DNA of 64,000 nucleotides from Rhodospirillales bacterium (GTDB lineage Bacteria; Pseudomonadota; Alphaproteobacteria; JAJFIK01): positions 6,616 to 70,615 of the forward strand of contig JAJFIK010000009.1 of assembly GCA_021775005.1 (NCBI GenBank). The letters run 5' to 3'. Of this stretch, positions 1-10,650 are shown in pieces (positions within the stretch are counted from its first letter, which is position 1; the number at the start of each line of letters is the position of its first letter). A program made the translations under genes and the position numbers. The notes beneath the pieces are model-generated. The model made no database searches and was not told where the DNA came from. It saw nothing but the letters and a program-made list of their open reading frames with translations.

Positions 1-1
1 T

Positions 2-484
2 TATGCCATTCTCATTGGCCAGCCCCGAAAGGCGGCTCTGGTGCGGGTCCACTCTGAGTGTTTTACCGGAGATTTGCTGGGCTCTCTCAAGTGCGATTGC
101 GGTGAGCAACTGCGCGGGGCCCTTGCGGCTATTGCCAAGGAAGGCGCGGGGGCCCTGCTATATTTGGCCCAGGAAGGCCGCGGTATTGGCCTGCCCAACA
201 AGCTGCGGGCCTATCGTTTGCAGGACCAAGGCTTTGACACGGTAGAGGCCAACACCAGGCTCGGCTTTGAAGTAGATGAGCGGTTTTTCGACCCCGCCGC
301 CAAGATGTTGGCGCTCTTGGGGCTGGGCGAGGTGCGCCTCATGAGCAACAATCCAGACAAGGTTAACGCGCTGGAAGCGTGCGGCGTTAAAGTTGTAGAG
401 CGAGTGGCGCACAGTTTCCCATCAAATGCCCACAATGAGCATTACCTGCTCACCAAGCGTGATCGCACCGGTCACCTGCTTTAA
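2..484 (+). CDS. ribA: GTP cyclohydrolase II (RibA domain), 5' end truncated by window edge
   Basis: Frame-2 translation from position 2 gives ...[13 protein letters not shown]..., the RibA catalytic-core signature. ORF continues to stop at 484. Confidence 0.85.
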   Translation, partial: YAILIGQPRKAALVRVHSECFTGDLLGSLKCDCGEQLRGALAAIAKEGAGALLYLAQEGRGIGLPNKLRAYRLQDQGFDTVEANTRLGFEVDERFFDPAAKMLALLGLGEVRLMSNNPDKVNALEACGVKVVERVAHSFPSNAHNEHYLLTKRDRTGHLL

Positions 485-548
485 TCATGTTTTTGGCCGC
501 CCTATGGTTAATTTTGCATGAACGACCATCTATAACGTTATGAAATTA

Positions 549-1223
549 TTAATGTTTGACTTCGCGCGCGCCAAAAATGGCGCTGCCGACGCGGACAAAA
601 TTCGCGCCCATGCGCACCGCTTCCGGGAAGTCCGCGCTCATGCCCATGGAAAGGCCTGTCAGACCGTTGCGGGCCGCTAGTTTTACGAGCAATGCGAAGT
701 GGGGCGCCGGGGCCTCTGCCGCCGGCGGAAGGCACATAAGACCCTTAATGGAAAGGCCGAATTCGTCCCGGCACTGGGCCACAAAGGCGTCGGTGGCCCC
801 TGGCAGCACCCCTGCTTTTTGCGCTTCCTCGCCGGTATTGACCTGAATGAAAAGCGCGGGCGCATGGCCCCGGGCTTGGATCTCGTCGGCCAAAATGCGC
901 GCCAATTTGGGCCGGTCGAGGGTATGGATGGCATCAAATAACCCCACGGCATCGCGGGTTTTGTTGCTCTGCAGCGGGCCAATAAGATGAAGCTTGATAT
1001 CAGGGGTATCGGCCTTCAAAGCGGGCCATTTTGCCAGCGCTTCCTGCACCCGGTTCTCGCCAAAAACGCGCTGACCGGCGGCAATGACCGGGCTAATCTG
1101 CGCCGCTGCAAAGGTCTTGGAGACCGCCACCAGGGTCACCTCGGCCCCGTCGCGGTTCACAGCCTTTGCGGCCTCAGCAATAGTCTGCTTTACCTCCGAA
1201 AGGGCCGCTGCGGGATCAAACAT
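549..1223 (-). CDS. yggS: YggS-family PLP homeostasis protein (alanine racemase N-terminal fold)
   Basis: 224-aa ORF with VSKTF...IGPLQSNK...LMCLPP motifs typical of the YggS/PROSC family. Confidence 0.85.
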   Translation of the reverse strand: MFDPAAALSEVKQTIAEAAKAVNRDGAEVTLVAVSKTFAAAQISPVIAAGQRVFGENRVQEALAKWPALKADTPDIKLHLIGPLQSNKTRDAVGLFDAIHTLDRPKLARILADEIQARGHAPALFIQVNTGEEAQKAGVLPGATDAFVAQCRDEFGLSIKGLMCLPPAAEAPAPHFALLVKLAARNGLTGLSMGMSADFPEAVRMGANFVRVGSAIFGAREVKH

Positions 1224-1848
1224 GGTTAAGAGCTTTCAAGGTGGACGCGACGCGGCAACGCTAGCAGAGGTGGCGGACGCGCTCAACGCAAGCCACCCCT
1301 TGGGGGCCAATTTGCCCGCGCTGGTGTTCATGACGGACGAGACCCGCACCCCGGACCCGGTGGGAGCGATAGCGGGGCTGCCGCCCGACTGCGCGGTTTT
1401 GTTTCGTCACTATGACCACAAGGATCGCAGAGCGCTGGCAACTCGGATTGCCGCTGCCGCCCATGATGCGGGCCGCCAATTCATTGTGGCAGGTGATCTT
1501 GAGCTGGCGCGCGCTGTCAGCGCCGACGGCTTGCATCTGCCTGCGCCCGTGCTTGGGACATCCAATAGCTGGCGCGCGGCATGGCGCGGGCTCTTGACGG
1601 CGTCTGCGCACAGCAAGGCGGAGCTGGAGGCCGCAGCAGTGGCACAATGCGACGCGGCATTTCTCTCGCCTGTGTTTACTACTGAAAGCCACCCCCGCGC
1701 GGCCGCAATCGGCATCGAGCGGTTTGCAGAAATAGTGGGCGATGCGGCACTGCCGATCTATGGCCTTGGGGGGGTCACAAGTAAAAACGCCCCCGAGCTT
1801 TTAGGCTCAGGGGCGGTGGGGATTGCCGCTATTGGCGGTTTGCTTTGA
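1222..1848 (+). CDS. Thiamine-phosphate synthase-like (ThiE/TenI family) protein
   Basis: C-terminal ...YGLGGV...GAVGIAAIGG resembles the ThiE phosphate-binding tail. Start chosen at internal MVKSF, which abuts the divergent yggS start. Confidence 0.55.
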   Translation: MVKSFQGGRDAATLAEVADALNASHPLGANLPALVFMTDETRTPDPVGAIAGLPPDCAVLFRHYDHKDRRALATRIAAAAHDAGRQFIVAGDLELARAVSADGLHLPAPVLGTSNSWRAAWRGLLTASAHSKAELEAAAVAQCDAAFLSPVFTTESHPRAAAIGIERFAEIVGDAALPIYGLGGVTSKNAPELLGSGAVGIAAIGGLL

Positions 1849-3006
1849 TTAAAACCGAAGGCCCACGCCGACCGAGAGCGCACTGCCGTCTGTTTCAAAT
1901 TCGTTGGTAATGCCGCCACGGGTGTCGCGTTCAAAATTGAAATGTTGATAGACCACACCGACGTCAAATCCGGCACCGATATTGTATTGCGCGCCGAGCA
2001 AGAAACCGTCGTATTCACCATCGGTGCTAATGCCACCAAGATAAAAGTCATCCTTGCGATTGCCGGACGTGCTTTCACCAATTTGTGCTAAAATCCTTAC
2101 CGGCCCTTGCTCATAGGTGAGCGACCCGATGAATTGGTCCTTGTCGTCAAAGCGTTTGGTTGACCATGGATCCTCATAACGCAGGTCATGCAAGGTGTAT
2201 TGCACGCCGCCGGTAAAGGGCCCGACAGCAAGGGCGCCACCCAACGATGTTTCGGTTGGGGTGTTGCGCGAGTCGCCACTTTCACCCCTGAGATATGCAC
2301 CATAAAGGCGCAAGCCATATTTATCTTCCCATGAGTAGCGCCAGTCCACTGCAACTTCCCAGGTATTGCGGCCAAACTCTTCGTCAACGCAATCGGAGAA
2401 GCCGGTGTCATTCTTACATGGGTTAGGCGCGAAGGACGCGCCGAGGCGGAAGCCGTCAAAGCTTGGTGTAATGTAGGAAATTTTCACGGCATCTTCTTGC
2501 GCCATGCTGTCCAAGTTGATCCGATTGCGGAGCGACGTCCATGTAAGCCCGGTATCCACATCGTAGGGTGCAAACGGATCCAAATTGTATTCGTCATTGT
2601 TATTGAGGCTTTGGCCGAGCATGCCGGGAATGATGCCGTCGCTGAAGGTCGAGAACACCCCGTCGGTTTGCCCAAATTGTATTTCGCCCATGTAGCCCGC
2701 TACGAACACAAAAGCTTCGTCAATTACATCGCCGTCACCGTCACCGTCCTGATCACTCTCCAAATCAAGTTGGATGTTGGCGCCGATTCTAATGCCATTA
2801 TCGAGGGTGATGGAGGGAAGGAAAAACACCTCGCCATCGCTACCAAGATTGACCTCATTTGGATCCGCAACAGCATCAGTTTGCGCATAGGCGACCATGG
2901 CGTTGTAATAGCCGCCGACCCGAACATCCCACTCCGCCGCCTGCGCTGCCGTTGCCGCCATGCTCGCGGCCACCAGTGCCGTTGTACCCATAAAAAATGA
3001 TTTCAT
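1849..3006 (-). CDS. Outer-membrane porin (alphaproteobacterial porin family) with acidic DGDGDGD insert
   Basis: Signal peptide MKSFFMGTTALVAASMAATAAQA, beta-rich body, C-terminal ...GLRF. Shares FTPNPCKNDTG and EFGRN(T/F)WE motifs with the next ORF. Confidence 0.7.
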   Translation of the reverse strand: MKSFFMGTTALVAASMAATAAQAAEWDVRVGGYYNAMVAYAQTDAVADPNEVNLGSDGEVFFLPSITLDNGIRIGANIQLDLESDQDGDGDGDVIDEAFVFVAGYMGEIQFGQTDGVFSTFSDGIIPGMLGQSLNNNDEYNLDPFAPYDVDTGLTWTSLRNRINLDSMAQEDAVKISYITPSFDGFRLGASFAPNPCKNDTGFSDCVDEEFGRNTWEVAVDWRYSWEDKYGLRLYGAYLRGESGDSRNTPTETSLGGALAVGPFTGGVQYTLHDLRYEDPWSTKRFDDKDQFIGSLTYEQGPVRILAQIGESTSGNRKDDFYLGGISTDGEYDGFLLGAQYNIGAGFDVGVVYQHFNFERDTRGGITNEFETDGSALSVGVGLRF

Positions 3007-3162
3007 GTCCCGCTCCCCAAGGCTCCTGCGTGCTTGCAGTATTTATCACCTACGCCGCGCCACGATGTCTGACCTTCGGGGCATCTGAAACATAGTTAAC
3101 AATATCTTAACGGGGCTGGGAGAGCAAGAATGGGGCGCGGCCTAGACGTAAGTCATTCAGGC

Positions 3163-3196
3163 ACAAAAAAGAGGCGGCCCGCAGGCCGCCCCTTCG
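3163..3196 (-). terminator. Rho-independent terminator for second porin gene
   Basis: Minus-strand reading gives GGCGGCCTGCGGGCCGCC hairpin followed by TTTTTT, 25 nt downstream of the porin stop. Confidence 0.55.
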
Positions 3197-3220
3197 CATC
3201 CCCTCAGATGCTTTAAGTCT

Positions 3221-4345
3221 TTAGAACGTGATCGCGTTCTCGAAGAAGACCGCCAAGCCGTCTTCATCGTCGCTAACGCCTGAATCATCCACGTCCAGCG
3301 TTTGCAAGCCGAAGCCAAACTGCATGCCGGGGCCGTACATATAGGTCACGCCGCCAAGCCAGCTTTGGAATTCTTCGTCTTCCACTGAGCCATAATCCAT
3401 GTCGCCTTCAGCAGTGCCGTAGGACAGCATAAAGGACCACGGGCCGGTTTCATATGATACGCCGGCATCCCAGTGATCTTGCTCAGTGGTAACACCGAAG
3501 CCGCCGCCGGTTTGCTTGTTGGCGTAGGAGCCGCCAACGGTGAAGCCACCAAAGTCCAACGAGCCACCGAGGCTCCATTCACGAGGCTCTTCAGCGCCAG
3601 AGCCCTGTTCGCCTTGGCCGTAGCCGCCGGAGAGGCTGAGCGTGACATTGTTGAAGTCCTGGCGATATGTGCCGGACGCTTCCCAGAAGTTGCGACCAAA
3701 TTCGGTCGTCACGCAGCCAGAATAGCCAGTGTCGTTCTTACACGGGTTCGGTGTAAAGCTGAGCCCAAACTGAAAGCCATTCAAGTCCGGCGTAAAGTAC
3801 GTGAGCTTGATATTGTCGTTGGAGAAATCCGCATAGGTATCAATGGGATTGCCTACGCCAGGTGTTGCATTGGTGAGCCCAACTTGCGAGCTGGATCCAA
3901 ACCCGTAGGGGCCAAACGGATCCATGTCCGGATCGTTGTGCCCGTGCTCTGCAAAAATCAGCGGAGCAGTAACGGCCATTTGGTCCATCACGCCGTCGTT
4001 TTGGCCAAACTGGATGCGGCCAAAGCCACCGTCGAACTGAATGTAAACTTCGTCGATGGTGTCAGCATCGCTATCCACGGCGCCGTCATCTTCCAATTCA
4101 AGATCGGCACGGAAGGAGACCTTCAGGCCATTGTCCAAAACCGTCGAGCCGCGGAAGTGAATTTCAGAATCAGAACCGAAGTTAATTTCGTTCGGATCAC
4201 CAGAGCTGGTGTCGACGTCAGTATAAGCAACACCGCCAACATGGTAACCGCGCAGGCCGAGATTAATTGACTCAGCTGCGACTAACGGGGTGCTCATCGC
4301 TGCGACGGCAACAAGTGCCGTTGTCCCCAAGAGTATCTTTTTCAT
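3221..4345 (-). CDS. Outer-membrane porin, paralog of 1849..3006
   Basis: Start at MKKILLGTTALVAVAAMSTPLVAA signal peptide, C-terminal aromatic F, motifs shared with the neighbour. Confidence 0.7.
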   Translation of the reverse strand: MKKILLGTTALVAVAAMSTPLVAAESINLGLRGYHVGGVAYTDVDTSSGDPNEINFGSDSEIHFRGSTVLDNGLKVSFRADLELEDDGAVDSDADTIDEVYIQFDGGFGRIQFGQNDGVMDQMAVTAPLIFAEHGHNDPDMDPFGPYGFGSSSQVGLTNATPGVGNPIDTYADFSNDNIKLTYFTPDLNGFQFGLSFTPNPCKNDTGYSGCVTTEFGRNFWEASGTYRQDFNNVTLSLSGGYGQGEQGSGAEEPREWSLGGSLDFGGFTVGGSYANKQTGGGFGVTTEQDHWDAGVSYETGPWSFMLSYGTAEGDMDYGSVEDEEFQSWLGGVTYMYGPGMQFGFGLQTLDVDDSGVSDDEDGLAVFFENAITF

Positions 4346-4880
4346 GCGTCCCCTCCACCGAGAGCAAATAAGACGACCGGCCACCGGACCGGTCTGTCAA
4401 TTTCAAGTTCGTGGTTAAGAATGCGCACTTAAAGGGGGTTCTTCAAGCGAAGAACGCCGCGATTCGAGGCACGCGTCCGTTTCATGACATATGTGTGTCT
4501 GGCGCGCTACAGTTCTGCGACGCAGCATTTCTACTATTGAGGGTGTATTGCAATCAGGGGTGGAGGTCGCTTCCTTTCAGTGGCGCTGATAGTCCAGCGA
4601 TTTCAACAGCTTAGAACCCAGTTGAGCGTTCAACAAAGACTAGCAAACCGTCCGCGTCCTCGGTGTCACCCGTAGTGTCCAGCAAGCGCAGACGCAAGCA
4701 AGTCCTGCGGGTCGGCTCAAGGCCAGTTTGCCTATCGGGGCCCCAGGCATTGATCACCCCCGCCCAGCCCCGCGCTAAAACCTTGGCCAATAGGGCTGTT
4801 TTTCGCTGGAAAGCCACGCGCGCCCACGGTATAAGCGCCCGAAAGACGTACCGAATTGTCGGTTCTTAAGGAGTTCAGAA

Positions 4881-5474
4881 ATGGCGTTTGCCCCCCAGCT
4901 GCGCCGGTCTGCCCGCCTTCTGGCCATGGCTACCCTTATTGGGTTTGGTCTGGCTGGATGCATGGGTACCGGTGAAAATACCGATAGCCGATATCCCGAA
5001 CAATATGGCGGTAGCGAGCGCCATGACCCCTTTGGTCGTGATGCAGAAGAGCAAAACCGCGGCGGCCTGTTTGGCCCCGACGGGATTACGCTTTTTGGCG
5101 GCGATAACAATGGCGGCAACAGCTCTGGCAGTGGCAATGGCGGCGGCATCGGCGTCAATTCATTCCTTTGGCGCGCGTCACTGGATACGGTTTCCTTCAT
5201 GCCACTTACGACCACCGACCCGTTTGGCGGCGTCATCATCACCGATTGGTACACCACGCCGGAAAGCCCATCGGAGCGCTTTAAGCTGACGGTCTTTATT
5301 CTTGATCGCCGCCTGCGCGCAGACGGGGTGCGGGTGAATGTCTTCCGCCAGGAGCAACCCGTCGCAGCGGCCATGTGGGCCGATGCGGAAGTTGATCCTG
5401 AAATGGCCATCCGTATTGAGAACGCCATCCTTACACGCGCCCGCCAGTTGCGGGTGTCGCAGTTCGACAACTAA
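4881..5474 (+). CDS. Lipoprotein, DUF3576-like (Gly-rich N-terminal region)
   Basis: Lipobox LAGC. Gly/Asn-rich low-complexity segment followed by a conserved C-terminal domain. Position upstream of leuS is conserved in alphaproteobacteria. Confidence 0.6.
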   Translation: MAFAPQLRRSARLLAMATLIGFGLAGCMGTGENTDSRYPEQYGGSERHDPFGRDAEEQNRGGLFGPDGITLFGGDNNGGNSSGSGNGGGIGVNSFLWRASLDTVSFMPLTTTDPFGGVIITDWYTTPESPSERFKLTVFILDRRLRADGVRVNVFRQEQPVAAAMWADAEVDPEMAIRIENAILTRARQLRVSQFDN

Positions 5475-5626
5475 AGCGCCGACGCACCCTTCCAACTGAC
5501 GGGCAAAAATTTCCCCCTCGCCAAGCTTAAGCGCTTGGCGGGCCGCAGGGGCTTTTGCCTCGAGATATTGACCAAAGCCAAGCCGCCCATTAGGGCCAAG
5601 AGACCGGACTTTCAAAGAGCAACAAG

Positions 5627-8233
5627 ATGAGCACACCCGAGCGCTACAACGCCAAACCCATCGAGCAAAAATGGCAACGGATCTGGAATGAACGCGATGT
5701 GTTTTTGGCGCGCGCGGATTCCGGCAAGGACAAGGCTTATGTCCTGTCCATGTTCCCTTATCCCTCGGGGCGCATTCATGTGGGCCATACGCGCAATTAT
5801 GCCATGAGCGATGTGGTGGCGCGCTTTAAGCGCGCGCAAGGCTTTGAAGTGCTGCAGCCCTTTGGCTGGGATGCATTCGGTTTGCCGGCCGAGAACGCCG
5901 CTCGCGAACGCGGCGAACATCCTGGTCCCTGGACCCGGCAAAATATCGAAGCCATGAAAGAGCAGCTCAGCATTATGGGTTTTGCGCTCGACTGGTCCCG
6001 CGAGTTCGCTACTTGCGACGCGAGCTATTACCAACACCAGCAGCGCCTGTTTGTGGATTTCTACAACGCTGGCCTTGCCTATCGCAAAAGCGCGACGGTG
6101 AATTGGGACCCGGCGGAAAACTCCGTGCTCGCCAATGAGCAGGTGGTGGACGGCAAGGGCTGGCGTTCCGGTGCCACGGTGGAAAAGCGTCAACTCACCC
6201 AGTGGTTTTTCAAGATCACTGACTATGCCGACGACTTACTGGATGCCGTTGAAAACAAGCTGACACGCTGGCCCGACAATGTGCGGTTGATGCAGGCCAA
6301 CTGGATCGGCAAATCCCATGGCGCGAACATTACGTTCAAGCTTAAAGGCAGCGGTGCTTCTGCAGCGCAAGGCGGCTTGGACGTTTACACCACGCGCCCG
6401 GACACGATTTTCGGCATGAGCTTTTGCGCCATTGCCGCCGATCACCCTTTGGCCAGGGCGCTGGCAAAAGATAACGCGGATCTGGCGGCTTACTGCGCGG
6501 AGGTGGCGAAAAGCTCCACCATGCAGGCCGATCTCGACACTGCGGAAAAAACCGGTTTTGACACCGGGCTGAAAGCGGTAAACCCGTTTGACGCTGCATC
6601 TGAAGTGCCTGTCTTCGTGGCCAATTACGTGCTGATGGATTACGGCACTGGCGCCATCTTCGGCTGCCCCGCCCATGACGTCCGCGACTTTGAGTTTGCG
6701 CAGAAATACAATCTTGCAATCCCCACGGTGGTGAGCCCCGACGGGGATGCCTCGTTCAACGTGCTCAAAGACGGCGCGGCCTATGTGGGCCCTGGCGCAT
6801 TGATCAATTCAGAGTTTCTCGATGGGCTCGGCGTGGATGACGGCATTGCGGCGGTATGCAAAGCGCTGGAAGCCAAAGCCATCGGCAAGGGCACAACGGT
6901 TTTCCGTTTGCGCGATTGGCTGATCTCGCGCCAACGCTATTGGGGCTGCCCGATCCCCATGATTCATTGCGAGGCCTGCGGCGTGGTCCCCGTGCCCGTT
7001 GATCAATTACCGGTAAAGCTGCCGGACGATGTGAGCTTTGAGAAACCTGGCAACCCGCTGGACCATCACGCCACATGGAAACATGTTGATTGCCCCCAGT
7101 GCGGCAAGGCCGCGACCCGCGAAACTGACACCATGGATACCTTTGTGGATAGCTCGTGGTACTACGCGCGGTTTTGCGACAACTCGGTCGCCACCCCCAC
7201 CAATGTCGCCGCGACAGATTATTGGTTGCCGGTGGACCAATATATCGGCGGCGTGGAACACGCGGTGCTGCATTTGCTTTATGCGCGCTTTTTCGCCCGC
7301 GCCATGGCCAAGACCGGACACTTGCCGCCAAATATGAGCGAGCCCTTCGCCGGGCTTTTCACCCAAGGCATGGTGATCCACGAAACCTATAAGTCTGCTG
7401 CTGGCGCTTGGCTTTATCCCGATGACATTGAGCGCAAAGACGGCGCGGTGATTGAGCGTAGCTCAGGCAAGCCGGTAACCGTGGGCGCGGTGGAAAAAAT
7501 GTCCAAGTCCAAGCGCAACACCATCGACCCTGAAGAGATTGTCGAGCAATACGGTGCCGACACCGCCCGTTGGTTCATGATGTCCGACACCCCGCCGGAG
7601 CGCGACATCGAATGGACCCAAAGCGGTATTGATGGCGCGTGGCGCTATGTCCAGCGGCTTTGGCGTCTGACCAACGATGCGCTGCCGCATTTGCCTGAGG
7701 TGGGCGGGGCCGCGCCAGCTGCGTTCTCAGCCGAAGCAGCGGCCTTGCGCAAGACCGCCCATAAAACCGTGCGCGATGTCACCACTGACATTGCAGGCTT
7801 CCGCTTCAATCGTGCCATTGCGCGATGCTATGAGCTTGCCTCTGAAATTGGCAGCGTGGCCGGGGCGAACCGTATTGGCGGGGCGGGGGCCGCGTGGGCC
7901 GTGCGCGAGGCTTTGGAGAAACTCACTGGGCTGATCAATCCCTTCATGCCTCATTTGGCCGAGGAACTTTGGCAAGTGCTGGGTCACGAGACCTTGATGG
8001 TGGAAAGCCCCTGGCCAGAATTTGACCCCGAATTGGTGCTGGATAACACCCTCACCATGCCCATTCAGGTCAATGGCAAGCGCCGCGGCGAGATTGAGAT
8101 TGCACCGGACGCGGACAACGCTACCATTGAGGCCCTGGCCCTCGGAAACGATGCCGTGCAGCGCGCCATTGAGGGCAAGACCGTGCGCAAGGTGATTGTG
8201 GTGCCTAAGCGTATCGTGAATATTGTGGTTTAA
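5627..8233 (+). CDS. leuS: Leucine--tRNA ligase
   Basis: 868 aa with HVGHTRNY (HIGH) and KMSKS motifs and a CP1 editing domain. Confidence 0.97.
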   Translation: MSTPERYNAKPIEQKWQRIWNERDVFLARADSGKDKAYVLSMFPYPSGRIHVGHTRNYAMSDVVARFKRAQGFEVLQPFGWDAFGLPAENAARERGEHPGPWTRQNIEAMKEQLSIMGFALDWSREFATCDASYYQHQQRLFVDFYNAGLAYRKSATVNWDPAENSVLANEQVVDGKGWRSGATVEKRQLTQWFFKITDYADDLLDAVENKLTRWPDNVRLMQANWIGKSHGANITFKLKGSGASAAQGGLDVYTTRPDTIFGMSFCAIAADHPLARALAKDNADLAAYCAEVAKSSTMQADLDTAEKTGFDTGLKAVNPFDAASEVPVFVANYVLMDYGTGAIFGCPAHDVRDFEFAQKYNLAIPTVVSPDGDASFNVLKDGAAYVGPGALINSEFLDGLGVDDGIAAVCKALEAKAIGKGTTVFRLRDWLISRQRYWGCPIPMIHCEACGVVPVPVDQLPVKLPDDVSFEKPGNPLDHHATWKHVDCPQCGKAATRETDTMDTFVDSSWYYARFCDNSVATPTNVAATDYWLPVDQYIGGVEHAVLHLLYARFFARAMAKTGHLPPNMSEPFAGLFTQGMVIHETYKSAAGAWLYPDDIERKDGAVIERSSGKPVTVGAVEKMSKSKRNTIDPEEIVEQYGADTARWFMMSDTPPERDIEWTQSGIDGAWRYVQRLWRLTNDALPHLPEVGGAAPAAFSAEAAALRKTAHKTVRDVTTDIAGFRFNRAIARCYELASEIGSVAGANRIGGAGAAWAVREALEKLTGLINPFMPHLAEELWQVLGHETLMVESPWPEFDPELVLDNTLTMPIQVNGKRRGEIEIAPDADNATIEALALGNDAVQRAIEGKTVRKVIVVPKRIVNIVV

Positions 8234-8251
8234 AGTTCGTGTCAGAAAACA

Positions 8252-8797
8252 GTGGGTCTAGCGATGGTCAAGCAAGCGGTGAAAGTCATAATCGGTGCCC
8301 TGCTTGCGGCGTCACTGAGCGCTTGCGGATTTGCACCGCTCTATGGCGTGCACGAAGGCACCGCGTCGCGCACAGAAAATGAGCTGGCGCAGATACAAGT
8401 GCTGCCGGTGCGCGATGATCGCTTGGGCTATGACGTTTACAACGCCCTGTTTGAACGGCTCTCCCCCAATGGGGAGCCCGTCACCCCGGACTACACATTG
8501 CGGGTGCGCCTGCGCGAAGACCGGGAAGGCGTCGCCATTGAGCGCGATGCCTCCATCACGCGGTATAACTATCGCCTCAACGCCCATTACACATTGATGG
8601 ATGTGCGCTCCGGTAACGCGATCCACGAAGGCGATAGCCGCTCCATTGCGGCCTATAATGTTGTGGACAACCAGTTTGCTACCCTGTCGGCGCAACGGGA
8701 CGCGGAAGAACGCGCGGCGGTGGAATTATCGGAAGACATTCGCTTGCGCCTGGGCATATTTTTTGATCGCCAAATCAGCACCACCACCGCTCCGTAA
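8252..8797 (+). CDS. lptE: LPS-assembly lipoprotein LptE
   Basis: Lipobox LSAC, ~180 aa, located in the conserved leuS-lptE-holA arrangement. Confidence 0.7.
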   Translation: MGLAMVKQAVKVIIGALLAASLSACGFAPLYGVHEGTASRTENELAQIQVLPVRDDRLGYDVYNALFERLSPNGEPVTPDYTLRVRLREDREGVAIERDASITRYNYRLNAHYTLMDVRSGNAIHEGDSRSIAAYNVVDNQFATLSAQRDAEERAAVELSEDIRLRLGIFFDRQISTTTAP

Positions 8798-8821
8798 CCT
8801 CACATCCATAGAGGCCCGTTC

Positions 8822-9862
8822 TTGCGCCTTAAGACCAACGAGATTCAAAGCTTCATGCGCGCGGGCAAACCCCCGGCAGCGGCGGTGCTTGTCTATGGCC
8901 CCGACGAGGGCCTGGTGCGTGAACGCGGGCAGGCTTTGGCCAAGAAAGTGGTGGCGGACCTCAACGATGCGTTTCTGGTCACCGATGTATCCGACAGCGA
9001 TGTAAAGTCTGATCCTTCCGTGCTCGCGAACGCCCTTGGCTCGCTCTCGCTTATGGGGGGCGACCGCGTGGTGCGCTTGCGCCCGGGCACAGATGCGGTT
9101 TCCAAACATGTGGAAGCCGCTTTGGCGGAACTGCAACCGGCTGAGCAAACCGATGCCTGGCTTATCATCGAAGCAGGCGACCTCACACCGCGCTCAGGTT
9201 TGCGTAAATTGTTTGAAGCCTCAAAAGTGCATGTGGCATTGCCGTGCTACGCCGAGGAAGGCGCGGCGCTGGAAGATCTCATTCGCGGTGTGGTGAAGGC
9301 CGAGGGGCTTAGCATTGCAAGCGATGCCATGCCGCTTTTGACCGAACGCCTGGGCGGTGACCGGGGCCTGGTGCGGCGGGAGCTTGAAAAGCTCTGCCTT
9401 TACGTGGGTGACGCCGAGGAAGTCACAGCAGACGATGTGCGCACCATTATTGCTGGTAACGACGAAGCGCGCTTTGACGGCTTGATCGATGCCGTGGCCA
9501 GCGGCGACATGGCCCGCGCCGACCGGGAATTGCAAAAGGCGCTGATCTCTGGCACCCAGGCGCCACAGATAATCCGTATGCTGACGAACCAGATGAAGCT
9601 GCTGCATTTGCTTGCCGGACTCACGGAGAAAAATGGCAACACCCAGGATGCCATCCGCACCTTGCGCCCGCCGGTGCGTTGGCCGCGCGATAAAGCATTG
9701 GCGCGACAGGCGGCCCTATGGCCGCGCCCCTCTGCAGAGCGCGCTTTGGTGCTGCTCGAGGCCGCCGATGCGGACTGCAAAACCACCGGCCAGCCCCACG
9801 GGGCCATTTGCGGCCGCGTGGTATTGTCGCTCACGCGCCAGGCCGCGGTTGCCCGGCGCTAG
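8822..9862 (+). CDS. holA: DNA polymerase III delta subunit
   Basis: 346 aa with VLVYGPDEGL N-terminal clamp-loader signature. Synteny after leuS-lptE. Confidence 0.85.
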   Translation: MRLKTNEIQSFMRAGKPPAAAVLVYGPDEGLVRERGQALAKKVVADLNDAFLVTDVSDSDVKSDPSVLANALGSLSLMGGDRVVRLRPGTDAVSKHVEAALAELQPAEQTDAWLIIEAGDLTPRSGLRKLFEASKVHVALPCYAEEGAALEDLIRGVVKAEGLSIASDAMPLLTERLGGDRGLVRRELEKLCLYVGDAEEVTADDVRTIIAGNDEARFDGLIDAVASGDMARADRELQKALISGTQAPQIIRMLTNQMKLLHLLAGLTEKNGNTQDAIRTLRPPVRWPRDKALARQAALWPRPSAERALVLLEAADADCKTTGQPHGAICGRVVLSLTRQAAVARR

Positions 9863-9883
9863 TTATGCCTTAAGTGAAGGGCT

Positions 9884-10291
9884 ATGGACGAGAAGATTGC
9901 CGCGCAAGACCTGATTGTTTTTGACGGGCTTTGCGCCGCGTGCTCCCGCTTTGTGCGCTTTGTGGTGCACCACGACAAGGCAGCGCGGTTTTCATTTGTC
10001 ACCGCGCAGTCACCAACGGGCCGCGCGCTTTATGCGGCACACAATCTCGACCCCGATGAGATGGAAACCAACATCATCATTGTAGGCGGCACCGCCCACA
10101 CCAAGATGCAAGGCCTCGCCATTGCCATGGGGACGCTGGGCAAACCGTGGTCGCTTTTGGCGGGCTTGCGCGCGCTGCCAAAACCTTTGGGGGACGGGCT
10201 TTATGATCTTATCGCCGCGAGCCGCTATTTCTTTGGCCGCCGCGTCTGCCCTCTGCCGTCAGAGGATTTGCGCAATCGCTTAATTGAGTAA
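9884..10291 (+). CDS. DCC1-like thiol-disulfide oxidoreductase family protein (DUF393)
   Basis: FDGLCAACSRFV... with a DxxCxxC motif near the N-terminus, ~135 aa. Confidence 0.65.
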   Translation: MDEKIAAQDLIVFDGLCAACSRFVRFVVHHDKAARFSFVTAQSPTGRALYAAHNLDPDEMETNIIIVGGTAHTKMQGLAIAMGTLGKPWSLLAGLRALPKPLGDGLYDLIAASRYFFGRRVCPLPSEDLRNRLIE

Positions 10292-10299
10292 GAGGGCGG

Positions 10300-10640
10300 T
10301 GTGCCCGCGACGCCTGCGCCTCCTTCCCCCTTGCGGGGGAAGGCCGGGATGGGGGGAAGTTGTGGCACGTGGAACTTCCCACGCCGTCATGTTCGGGCTA
10401 GACCCGGACATCTGGCTGCGCCCGCGTCTTGAGTAACCACTTTTGCGCAAACTTTAAGTCAGCCAGATCCCCGGGTCTCGCTAGCGCTCGCCCGAGGATG
10501 ACAATTCAAATTAGTTCGACGTCCCCCGGTTTATCCGGGGGACCCATTTTAAAGCAGCCCTGGGCACCCCGGATAAACCGGGGCGCGTCAAGAAAGGGAG
10601 GCGAAGCGCGCCTTTGCACCGCCCCCGACTCGCCGCAAAC
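10300..10640. repeat. Cluster of REP/MITE-like palindromes
   Basis: Hairpins at 10323..10344 (ccttccccc/gggggaagg) and 10354..10380. Half MITE copy at 10466..10502. 17-bp inverted repeat ccccggtttatccgggg / ccccggataaaccgggg at 10524..10583. Confidence 0.55.
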
Positions 10641-10650
10641 TAGCGGGATG

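Noticed and set aside
1221-1224. yggS and thiE-like start codons overlapping divergently (cATGg on both strands)
   Set aside because: The thiE-like start choice is uncertain and a downstream alternative start is possible. This is not a reliable regulatory observation.
5612-8233. Long antisense or alternative-frame ORFs overlapping leuS, mnmG, mnmE, the thioredoxin-domain gene, the PDT-fusion gene and others (for example 5612..6193-, 18917..19972-, 40950..41696+, 16524..17213+)
   Set aside because: These are typical GC-rich-genome artefacts. They have no start-context support and low-complexity Arg/Ala/Pro-rich translations, and they lie fully inside well-supported genes.
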